Below are positions 1-8,028 of a stretch of 14,148 nt of DNA, in pieces. The notes beneath the pieces are model-generated. The model was not told where the DNA came from and searched no databases. It was given only the letters and a program-made list of their open reading frames with translations. The stretch is from Promethearchaeota archaeon (lineage in GTDB: Archaea; Asgardarchaeota; Lokiarchaeia; Sigyniarchaeales; SOKP01): positions 1-14,148 of the forward strand of contig JAEOTP010000046.1 of assembly GCA_016839765.1 (NCBI GenBank). Direction: 5' to 3'. Both the position numbers and the translations under genes were made by a program. Positions within the stretch are counted from its first letter, which is position 1; the number at the start of each line of letters is the position of its first letter.

Positions 1-131
1 GAATCCTTTAAATCTTGAAATATGGGATTGAGTTCTAAGTTCAATAGTGAAATTTTTCCCGATAAAACTTCTTTTTTTACATTTTCGATTTTTTGATTTA
101 TTTCTTTGGAATAATCTTTAAATTCAATCAT
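1..131 (-). CDS. N-terminal part of a probable kleisin/ScpA-like SMC partner (runs off the window edge; not in the ORF track)
   Basis: ATG at 131-129 overlaps the SMC stop (ATGA coupling). The frame is open to the edge: MIEFKDYSKEINQKIENVKKEVLSGKISLLNLELNPIFQDLKD. 'VLSGKISLLNLEL' loosely resembles the ScpA N-terminal 'LV..G.IDPWDIDI' segment. The CDS is well supported; the product call is weaker. Confidence 0.6.
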   Translation of the reverse strand, partial: MIEFKDYSKEINQKIENVKKEVLSGKISLLNLELNPIFQDLKD

Positions 132-3100
132 TTATTTCTTCTTTTTATTATTTTTGGATTAAATATAGTAGAAACTTCTTTCTTTCCAACCCTAGCTACG
201 CCTATTAGTTTGTCTGCTAAAAGAAACAAACTGCTTGAGGATTTTGGTAAGAACATAAGTAGCTGTATGGGATTCTGTTCGAGAGTCGCTTTTATCATTT
301 GATGAGAAGCCTCTGCATTTTTATCATCCAAAAACATACCAGCCTCATCAAACATACATAATGGTGATGACTTGATTTCTTGCAAAGATAGAATAAGACA
401 AATGGAAATCATAGAAATTTGTCCCCCACTAAGCGCCTTACAAGATTTTAATTGCTCTTTTGTAGTTGCAGCTTTGATATCTATCCCTAATTCTTCAAAA
501 TTACCAATTAAACTAAGCGAACAATAAGATTTAATATTAGCAGATTTGAATTTTTGGTTAATTCTTAACTCTAAATCATTTAATGTTGATTTAAACTTTT
601 GGTAATAAGTTTCCTCTAATTTACTTTCAGTCTTAATGGCAGCATTTATATCTTTTTGCAAACTGTCTTGATTTTTTGTAATTTCTTTCATACTTGATAA
701 GATCTGCTCTTTTTCAATTAAAATTGAGTCATCTACATCTAAATATTTCAATAAATCTTTATCTATTCTCAAAATATCTTCTTTAATCTCATTTATACTA
801 CGCATCTTAAAATCTTTTGATGCGAGTATAGAACCTATCTCAAAATTGATTCTTTCTAAATCACTTTCATTGGCCATTAATTCTTGCTCTAGGGCAGTAT
901 TTTTTAGAATTTCTTGTTCTAATTTTATTTTAACATCTAAATGCTCTTTATCAAGAAGTATTCTTTCTTTCTGGATTTCTGATTTATTTTTTTTTAACTT
1001 AGCGATATCTTCTTCTATTCCGTCAATTTTATCATCAACTAACTCTAATTTCTGGTAAATTTCAAAAGCATCCTTATCTGATTTTTGAAAAATTTGCTTT
1101 TTCAGTTCATAGTCTTGTTTTAAAGTATTTAGTTTCTCTTTATAATCATTTAATTTTTCATTAACTTCATGCCTCTGCTCTATGTTTCCGCTGAGTTTTA
1201 TTTCCCATTTTTTTAAATCTTCATTGTGAATATTTAACTCATCAGGTATTTCTTTAATTCTTTCACTCCATCTAAAAATCTCAGGCTCTCTCTGAGATTC
1301 TAAATATTGAATCTTCTTTTCTATATCAATTATGTTATTTTGAACTATAACAGTATTATTTTCAAGATTATGTATAACTTCATAGAGTCTATTCTTTTTT
1401 GTTGTTAATCTTTGTTTTTGATTAAAATTATATAAAAGATCATTAAATGCTTCTTTCTTCTTATAAAGCTCCTTTTGGATTGTATCAATTTTAGATTGTT
1501 CAACTCTTAATTCAGATATGCGCTCATTTAAGGAATTAATTTCTGACTCTAAATTGCTCAATTGTTCTTTTAGTGTACCCGTACTGAGAAATCCTTTTAA
1601 ACGCTTTTGATAAGGTGTTTCATAAACATATTTATATGAAATTAACTGTTCTCCTTTTAAAGTCACACACTTGCCTTTAAAATTATAATTTTTATAGATT
1701 TGGATACCTGAATGGTAATCTTCAACAACTAAACAGTTTTTTACTTTAGAATAAATAACTTTTTTAATATCAATATCATCATTAACAACTTTTATTAATT
1801 CTGCTAAATAACCTATAACTTTTTCGGCAGAAAATTCCAGTAAAGAGCGAATACTTAGATTTTTAGTTATGTAGATATTACAATAAGCATTGTATTTATT
1901 CTTTAATCGATTCAAAAGACTTAATGTATCCCAATCACTTACTATAAAGCTATATAGCAGCCTTTCTCCTAGAACTGATTCGATTGCATAACTTAGTTTA
2001 TCATCATATTTCAAAAAGTCGATAATTGGTCCCTTTACCTTCTTATCTAATTCCCTTTTTCCTATCTCTTCTTTTAAAATATTAATACTAGGGGGTAAAA
2101 CAACCCTACGTTCTCTTAAGGAAATTTGTAAATTTTTAAATTTGCTTATTAAATTTGTTCGTTCAAATTGTGATTTGTTTAACTCATTCCCTTGTTCAAA
2201 TAAATCTTTAGAATTTTTTCTAAGCTCATTATCAATATGCATGAGTAAATCTGTTGTTGGATTCTCAAGAAACCATTTATTTTTTTCCAATTTATGTTCA
2301 ATATCTTTAAAACTTTGAAAAATCTCATTAATTTCAGAATTTATATCTTTTATTTTATTTTTGTTTTCTTCGATTTTGGTTAAGCATTTTTGTTTTTTAT
2401 GAATCAATTGATTGTACTCTTTTAAAAAATCTTCATTTTGTTTGATCTTTTTTGCTATTATATTCTGTTCTTTTATTAAATCATCTATTTTTAATTTTAG
2501 GGCTTTTTTCTCCTTTTGAATTATGCTAATCTCGTTGTCTAAAGTTTTCTTTTGGCTCTGAACATTTCCTAGTCTCTTTTCTAATGTAATTATCTTTTGA
2601 TTTAAAATATCTAATTCTTTTTTTGCTTGTATTTTCTCTTGTTCCCAGGTCCTAATTTTTTCAATTAATTTTTTTTTTCTATAAATTAATTTCCCTAACT
2701 CTTTTGAAAAATCATTGATCTTTATTTCAATATTATTTATTTTCGAATCCTTTTCTAGAAGTATCTTTTCATAATCTTCTGTATCTTTTTTAATCTTAGC
2801 AATTACTATATGAAGGTTTTTAAATTTTTCTTTTAAAGCTAGTATTCTTTCTTCTAATTCATTCTTATTGGCATATAACAATTCATCTTCATGAACTTTC
2901 TTTAGCTCAAGTAAGTTATGTTTTTGCTTTAATCGTTTAAGTTTAGGTTGTAGAAGATTTAAACTGATATTTAAGGTATTTCTTCTACTTACTAATGATT
3001 GAAAATCTCGATTTAAATGATAAATCTTTCCCTTTTGTTGTAAAATTTCATCTCTCAATCCTTTTAATCCAATTCCTTCTTCTAAGAAGATACAAAGTTC

Positions 3101-3565
3101 AATTGGTTTTAAATTTTTAATGGCGTCGATCTTTCCTTGACTCACAAAAGCAAATTGATTATCTGGATTAATTTTTAGATCTGAAATTAGCTTTTGAATC
3201 TCAATGGCATGCGTTCGCTTGAAACCTTTATTAGTTCCTCTTTCAATCTCAAAAAAAGGTGATTGTCCTCTTATCACTAGTCTTCTTATTTTAATTCTAT
3301 CATTATTATTTTGAATATGAAGCTCAACCATTGCATGATCTTGCCCATTTCTGATAAAATCAGACCATTTTTTATATCGTTCATCTCTTTCATTACTTCC
3401 TAACGCAAATTTGATTGCCTGAAATATTGAGGTTTTTCCTGACCAATTAGGGCCAATAATTATGATGAATTTGGCATTATCAAAGTCAACCTCGTCTCTT
3501 TGAAAACTTAAGAAATTTTCAAGAATTACTTTCTTAAGAGATATATTATTAGTCTCAGTAGTGAT
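128..3565 (-). CDS. smc: SMC-family ATPase (chromosome segregation protein, SMC5/6-like motifs), about 1145 aa
   Basis: The frame stays open upstream of the ORF-track ATG (3331) to a TGA at 3586-3584 and adds ITTETNNISLKKVILENFLSFQRDEVDFDNAKFIIIIGPNWSGKTSIFQAIKFALG (Walker A). Also present: Q-loop FVSQGKID, two long coiled coils, hinge (GPIIDFL...AIESVLG...VTLKGE), signature LSGGQ and Walker B/D-loop LCMFDEAGMFLD. Start placed at ATC 3565 (or 3568) behind a strong RBS. Confidence 0.93.
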   Translation of the reverse strand: MTTETNNISLKKVILENFLSFQRDEVDFDNAKFIIIIGPNWSGKTSIFQAIKFALGSNERDERYKKWSDFIRNGQDHAMVELHIQNNNDRIKIRRLVIRGQSPFFEIERGTNKGFKRTHAIEIQKLISDLKINPDNQFAFVSQGKIDAIKNLKPIELCIFLEEGIGLKGLRDEILQQKGKIYHLNRDFQSLVSRRNTLNISLNLLQPKLKRLKQKHNLLELKKVHEDELLYANKNELEERILALKEKFKNLHIVIAKIKKDTEDYEKILLEKDSKINNIEIKINDFSKELGKLIYRKKKLIEKIRTWEQEKIQAKKELDILNQKIITLEKRLGNVQSQKKTLDNEISIIQKEKKALKLKIDDLIKEQNIIAKKIKQNEDFLKEYNQLIHKKQKCLTKIEENKNKIKDINSEINEIFQSFKDIEHKLEKNKWFLENPTTDLLMHIDNELRKNSKDLFEQGNELNKSQFERTNLISKFKNLQISLRERRVVLPPSINILKEEIGKRELDKKVKGPIIDFLKYDDKLSYAIESVLGERLLYSFIVSDWDTLSLLNRLKNKYNAYCNIYITKNLSIRSLLEFSAEKVIGYLAELIKVVNDDIDIKKVIYSKVKNCLVVEDYHSGIQIYKNYNFKGKCVTLKGEQLISYKYVYETPYQKRLKGFLSTGTLKEQLSNLESEINSLNERISELRVEQSKIDTIQKELYKKKEAFNDLLYNFNQKQRLTTKKNRLYEVIHNLENNTVIVQNNIIDIEKKIQYLESQREPEIFRWSERIKEIPDELNIHNEDLKKWEIKLSGNIEQRHEVNEKLNDYKEKLNTLKQDYELKKQIFQKSDKDAFEIYQKLELVDDKIDGIEEDIAKLKKNKSEIQKERILLDKEHLDVKIKLEQEILKNTALEQELMANESDLERINFEIGSILASKDFKMRSINEIKEDILRIDKDLLKYLDVDDSILIEKEQILSSMKEITKNQDSLQKDINAAIKTESKLEETYYQKFKSTLNDLELRINQKFKSANIKSYCSLSLIGNFEELGIDIKAATTKEQLKSCKALSGGQISMISICLILSLQEIKSSPLCMFDEAGMFLDDKNAEASHQMIKATLEQNPIQLLMFLPKSSSSLFLLADKLIGVARVGKKEVSTIFNPKIIKRRNK

Positions 3566-3569
3566 GATT

Positions 3570-3581
3570 TCACCCCCTCCT
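3570..3581 (-). promoter_or_regulatory. Shine-Dalgarno sequence for smc
   Basis: Minus strand reads AGGAGGGGGTGA immediately before A-ATC-ATC-ACT. Confidence 0.75.
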
Positions 3582-3586
3582 TTTCA

Positions 3587-4846
3587 TTATTTACCAAAAG
3601 CTTGTTTGATATGATCCATCCTTTTTTTCGCTTTTTCTAAATTGATTTGTGCTCTACTGGGAGAATCATTTAAAATAAATGGATATTTTGCTAACAGCTT
3701 TCTTTCATTTTCCTCAAGAATTTCCTTTTTATTTAATTTATCCAGAATGATAACAAGTTCTGTATAATTCTTTGAAGCCGCATTTTCATATAATTGATTC
3801 AGCATAAATTCGGAAATAGGTTGATTTTGGATGTGTTCTTGTATAGATTGAAGTTCATTAAAATTAATCTTTTTATAAGACTGCGTTTTTTGAATTTGGT
3901 TTATTTTGGAAGCAAACTTATAATTTTCATTATATAGATCTTGAATTTCTTTAGTTTTAGCTAATATAGATGGTATAAATTCACCTGATTCGATTAAATT
4001 AATTATAACAGCAGTTATTTCATTCGAAGTTTCATTCAATTCAGAATTAAGAAAATGCTTGAAAACCGCTGTTTTTAATAAATGTTTTATTTCTTGAATT
4101 TCCCAATTCTGCGTATATTTAACAATTTGATTAATATCAAATACTATTTTTTGATTCTTTTCAGAAAAATTTTTCAGTACTATTTCCCTTTCACTATTAC
4201 TTAATAAAGGGATTTTAATGAAAAGATCAAAAATCTGAAAGATATCTTTTGAGTTTTTTTCTATTTCATTAAGATTTTTATTTATCCATATTAAAATGAT
4301 TCCATTTTCTAGGAAAGTAAATTCATAATTTTTAAGGGTATTAATAAAGAGTTTCAATAAATTCTTTTCATTAAGTAAAGTTTCTGTTAATTCTACTTGA
4401 TCAATTAAAAACAATTTGTTTGGTTTATTTTTTTCATTAACTTCATCGTAACCGTTTTTATTTTCATTTAGATTATTGACTTTACAAGTCAAATCCTCTA
4501 TAATTTGCTTTAGAATAATATTAAAATTTTTAAAGAATTCTTTAGGTTCTTTTGAAATTTCTAAATAGTTTAATTCTACAAAGTCTAAATAATAATTCTT
4601 TGAAATTAATTTTAAGAAATCTAAGATATCTGTACCAGAATCAATATTGATTAAAAGTAAGCCTTTAGGTATAAGGTATTGTTGAATTGTTGAGTATTCA
4701 TTGTTTGTTAACATTCTCTTTATATAGTTAATTATATCGTTATATTTATCTCTATAAAATATGTCTTCTCTCTTGATATCAATTTCCGATGGCGAAATTA
4801 CTCGGTAATATTGATTATATCTTAAATTTGTTTCTGGTTCCTTCAT
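3587..4846 (-). CDS. Degenerate (probably inactive) CDC48/p97-like AAA+ domain protein with C-terminal helical extension
   Basis: Follows the classic AAA layout: IPKGLLLINIDSGTDI (eroded Walker A), LFLIDQ (Walker B with E to Q), IILIWINKNLNEIE (SRH position), FDLFIKIPLLSNSEREIVLK and DINQIVKYTQNWEIQEIKHLLKTAV (lid). Confidence 0.7.
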   Translation of the reverse strand: MKEPETNLRYNQYYRVISPSEIDIKREDIFYRDKYNDIINYIKRMLTNNEYSTIQQYLIPKGLLLINIDSGTDILDFLKLISKNYYLDFVELNYLEISKEPKEFFKNFNIILKQIIEDLTCKVNNLNENKNGYDEVNEKNKPNKLFLIDQVELTETLLNEKNLLKLFINTLKNYEFTFLENGIILIWINKNLNEIEKNSKDIFQIFDLFIKIPLLSNSEREIVLKNFSEKNQKIVFDINQIVKYTQNWEIQEIKHLLKTAVFKHFLNSELNETSNEITAVIINLIESGEFIPSILAKTKEIQDLYNENYKFASKINQIQKTQSYKKINFNELQSIQEHIQNQPISEFMLNQLYENAASKNYTELVIILDKLNKKEILEENERKLLAKYPFILNDSPSRAQINLEKAKKRMDHIKQAFGK

Positions 4847-4906
4847 TGGGAAATCAAATCCTATCTTTTATCCTATTTTTAAACATTATCTACATGGGAA
4901 TTTATA

Positions 4907-4925
4907 CATATATATTTAGCGGTAG
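4907..4925 (-). promoter_or_regulatory. Putative BRE/TATA promoter of the AAA-smc-kleisin operon
   Basis: Minus strand CTACCGCTAAATATATATG about 60 nt upstream of the ATG at 4846. Confidence 0.45.
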
Positions 4926-5118
4926 CCACAGTTTTGAATAATTAAACAACCGACAAAAATCGTAAAGTTTATAAAATCATAATTTTAGGTAAACCTGTTT
5001 AATTAAATGCATCAGAAATTTATATGTAATTCTTATTTCAAGTACCTATTTAAATAAGTCTAATCTTCTAATACTCTTAAGAATTCTTTAACTCGTATGC
5101 TGATATTTAAAGCAATAA

Positions 5119-5128
5119 TAAAAAAAAT
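5119..5128 (-). terminator. Oligo-T terminator candidate after the DUF2769 gene
   Basis: A-run on the plus strand (T-run on minus) just downstream of the stop at 5141. Confidence 0.4.
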
Positions 5129-5140
5129 TAGTTAAGTATT

Positions 5141-5401
5141 TTACTTCCTACCCTCGATTCCATGCATACAAAACCATCCGCCTTCTAGATCAAATTTTGA
5201 AAAAAGGTCACACTTAAAACAATTACAACCCTTATCTTCTACTTGATCCATTGGCTTTGTAGTTTTTCCTCTGGAACAAAAAAGAGCATGTGGTTCTAAT
5301 TCGTTTAATTTGTTTGGTTTAAAAGTAGGGCAAGGACCACAGAACTTTTTACAGATATCCATATTTTCGGGGGTATTTGGAACTGGTTGAGGCATTTTCA
5401 T
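5141..5401 (-). CDS. DUF2769-like small Cys-rich (metal/Fe-S-binding) protein
   Basis: Pattern VPNTPEN..C...CGPCPTF...LFCSRGK...GCNCFKC...WFC..G with 9 Cys in 86 aa; GGAG RBS upstream. Confidence 0.75.
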   Translation of the reverse strand: MKMPQPVPNTPENMDICKKFCGPCPTFKPNKLNELEPHALFCSRGKTTKPMDQVEDKGCNCFKCDLFSKFDLEGGWFCMHGIEGRK

Positions 5402-5587
5402 CTAACTCCGTTCATACAATAAGTTTTTATATTAATTTTTTCGAAATTCTTTATTAAACAATAATAAAATTTTCGATTACGATATACTAAACTCTACAAA
5501 CTTTTAAAATTAATAGTTATAGATTATAGATTTTGAATGAAGATGATCATCTAGTAAAAAATAAGGTTTTAAAGTATAAAATTGAAA

Positions 5588-5992
5588 TTATGTAATACTA
5601 AATTCATGATTTAGATTATTTAATTGCTCCTTAAATTCATCTTTTATGAGACTATAATAAGTAAACTTCCCCTTTTTCCAACCCCTTATTAAATTAGCTT
5701 TCTCTAATTCTCGTAAATGGTGAGATATCGAAGATTGGGATTTATCTAAGATTGCCTCCAATTCACATACGCAACGATCTTTCTCTTTTAACGCGTTTAT
5801 TATAGTAATTCTTTCTTTATTTCCCAAAGCATTTAAAAAAGTAAAAATTAAATCTAATTTCTCATCCAATCTTAATTGCGTTCCTAATTGTTGTAAATTT
5901 TCAAAATATTTGTCACTATCAAAACACTCATCACAGCTACAAAGCATTTGTTTGATTTCAGTCTTGCGATCTATTTTTATAAAAATCACCAA
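5588..5992 (-). CDS. arsR: ArsR/SmtB-family metalloregulatory repressor
   Basis: ALGNKERITII...DRCVCELEAILDKSQSSISHHLRELEKANLI...KKGKFTYYSL, a winged HTH with the alpha3 CVC As(III) site, plus an extra N-terminal CSCDEC. Divergent from the acr3/arsC operon. The start is uncertain (TTG 5992, GTG 5989 or ATA 5980). Confidence 0.93.
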   Translation of the reverse strand: MVIFIKIDRKTEIKQMLCSCDECFDSDKYFENLQQLGTQLRLDEKLDLIFTFLNALGNKERITIINALKEKDRCVCELEAILDKSQSSISHHLRELEKANLIRGWKKGKFTYYSLIKDEFKEQLNNLNHEFSIT

Positions 5993-6050
5993 TTATTATC
6001 AATAAAAAATCTCTTTATTATTTTAGAAGTTATTAAATTATAAAAATTTT

Positions 6051-6098
6051 ATTCATATCGAATCATTTAGATTCACATCGAAACATTTTTATTTGAAA
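6051..6098. promoter_or_regulatory. Tandem ArsR operator candidates overlapping a BRE/TATA-like element
   Basis: Direct repeat with 20-bp period: ATTCATATCGAATCATTT (6051-6068) and ATTCACATCGAAACATTT (6071-6088). Each copy holds a dyad core ATnnAAnnnnTTnnAT (6057-6072, 6077-6092). It lies between the divergent arsR and the operon. Confidence 0.65.
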
Positions 6099-6141
6099 TA
6101 TTCTATTAATATCTTAAGCTCTAACCATATAGAATTCACAA

Positions 6142-6894
6142 ATGAATAAAATGGAAAACAATAAAAAACTTAAGATTGGATTAATTTCTGACGGTAAGTA
6201 CGGAGATAGAGCATATGAAAATATAAAAAAGAAATTTGAAACTGACTGGATACTCCTCCCAGAGATACCACCAAATATTATGTTAGATGATGAGCTTGGT
6301 TTTGAAATTCCTGAGTGTGACCTTTACATTTCATATATTCGGCATCCAGATATAATGCTAAAATTAGCAGAGCTTCAAAAACCATTGATTTTGGGCATAC
6401 TTCCGGGAATTGGGTTATACTTACAAACCAGAGAAATAAATCCTAAAGTTATTTATGCACCTACAATTTGTTCATTGGAAAATAATACAGGGATTCCTGA
6501 AATTGACCTATTTACTAGTTATTTCGGCCGACCTATTTATCAAGTTAAGATAAATGAGGATAGGGTTATTAATGACATTGAAGTACGTCGTTCTTCACTA
6601 TGTGGGTCTTCTGAAGCTGGAGCGAAATTCCTACTAAATAAAACTTTTAATAAAGAAAATCTTCAATATTTTGCTTTAAGTGTTTGTTATGAATGTCGTG
6701 CACCCCGTTTTGGGCATACTTGTGATAAGGAAGTAGCGGGAATTATTCATTTGGTTTCAATTTTTGAGAGTATATCCACAGAAATTTCAAACAAATTTGA
6801 TAAAAATTTAAAATCCTTTATCAAAGATATTGGAAAGGAATATAAAAGAAGATCTAAAAATTCAGAGTTATTACAAAAAGAGGTAATAATTTAA
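6142..6894 (+). CDS. DUF166-family protein
   Basis: Motifs DGKYGDRA, CDLYISY..HPD, P.ICSL, FGRP, V.RSSLCGSS match the archaeal DUF166 family as I recall it; additional CYEC...C near the C-terminus. Confidence 0.75.
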   Translation: MNKMENNKKLKIGLISDGKYGDRAYENIKKKFETDWILLPEIPPNIMLDDELGFEIPECDLYISYIRHPDIMLKLAELQKPLILGILPGIGLYLQTREINPKVIYAPTICSLENNTGIPEIDLFTSYFGRPIYQVKINEDRVINDIEVRRSSLCGSSEAGAKFLLNKTFNKENLQYFALSVCYECRAPRFGHTCDKEVAGIIHLVSIFESISTEISNKFDKNLKSFIKDIGKEYKRRSKNSELLQKEVII

Positions 6895-6897
6895 ATT

Positions 6898-7977
6898 ATG
6901 CAAGAAAAAGAATTAAATAAAGCTGGAAAGGAAATTATAGATAGTATTGAGGTTAAAGAAGAAAAGGGTAAAAAAATTAGCTTTTTTGAAAAATTTCTTC
7001 CTCTTTGGGTGGCTATATGTATCTTTATAGGAATTTTGTTATCACAAATTTTTCCGGGGATAAGTAAAACAATAGAGTCTTTAAAAATTGGAGAAATTTC
7101 TATACCAATTGGAATTTGTTTATTCCTAATGATGTATCCTGCGATGTTGAATCTACAAGCTTCTGAATTAAAAAAATTGGGTAAGAATCCTAAACCAATC
7201 ATCTTAACACTAGTCTCTAATTGGCTGATTGCGCCTTTTGTAGGTTTAGCGATGATTAGACTCTTTTTACCTGGAAATGAACAATTATCAGTTGCTATTA
7301 TTTTATTGTCAAGTTCACCATGTACTGCAATGGTTCTTGTGTGGGGCTGGATGGCACGAGGTAATCAAGAACAAAATGTAATAAATACCAGTTTAAATAC
7401 AATGACGATCATATTTGGGTATGCTCCTTTAGTCGCATTGTTAACAGGGATTCAAAACATACCAATTGACTGGGTTCTCTTATTAATATCGATATTCATT
7501 TTTATAGGACTTCCTTTAGTATTGGGAATAGTAAGTAAAAGAATATTAATCTCTTCTAAAGGAGAAAATTGGTTTAATAACACTTATCGACCAATCGTAG
7601 GAAAAATTTCGATTATAGCTTTATTAACGACATTAATAGTACTTTTTTCATTGAATGGAGATGTTCTAATTCACAATCCAGATTTACTAGTATTAGTTTC
7701 TATTCCACTTTTAGTAGGATTTCTAATTGTTGTTGGTTATAACATTTTAATTACTAAACTTTTCAAACTGAAATATAAAGAGGCTGTTATAACTGTAATT
7801 ATTGGATCTTCAAGTCACTTTGAAATTGCAATTGCTACTGCTATTGCTATGTATGGAATTGGTTCAGTTGCTGCTTTAGGTACAACTATGGGTTTATTTT
7901 GGGAGGTTCCTGTAATGCTTTCAATAGTATATTTAGGTAAATATCTAAAAAAACGTGGATTTTGGAAATCTGAATAA
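6898..7977 (+). CDS. acr3: Acr3-family arsenite efflux transporter
   Basis: About 10 hydrophobic helices with FFEKFLPLWV, LMMYPAM, NWLIAPF, PCTAMVLVW (essential Cys), SSHFEIAIA and EVPVML; GAGGT RBS upstream. Confidence 0.96.
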   Translation: MQEKELNKAGKEIIDSIEVKEEKGKKISFFEKFLPLWVAICIFIGILLSQIFPGISKTIESLKIGEISIPIGICLFLMMYPAMLNLQASELKKLGKNPKPIILTLVSNWLIAPFVGLAMIRLFLPGNEQLSVAIILLSSSPCTAMVLVWGWMARGNQEQNVINTSLNTMTIIFGYAPLVALLTGIQNIPIDWVLLLISIFIFIGLPLVLGIVSKRILISSKGENWFNNTYRPIVGKISIIALLTTLIVLFSLNGDVLIHNPDLLVLVSIPLLVGFLIVVGYNILITKLFKLKYKEAVITVIIGSSSHFEIAIATAIAMYGIGSVAALGTTMGLFWEVPVMLSIVYLGKYLKKRGFWKSE

Positions 7978-8028
7978 TTTGTAGGTTTTTTTAAATTTTA
8001 TAAATCAATAAATATGAGTGAGAAATAA

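Noticed and set aside
93-302. 69-aa plus-strand ORF
   Set aside because: Antisense shadow of the smc 3' end and the next gene; no motifs.
846-1058. 70-aa plus-strand ORF
   Set aside because: Antisense to the smc coiled coil; Ser/Phe bias typical of shadow frames.
6051-6088. Direct repeat as a CRISPR remnant
   Set aside because: Only two copies with a 2-nt gap and no spacer or cas genes; it fits an operator better.
6142-6894. 'Thymidylate synthase' label sometimes given to DUF166 proteins
   Set aside because: No ThyA or ThyX catalytic motifs visible.
6891-7202. 103-aa minus-strand ORF
   Set aside because: Antisense shadow of acr3.
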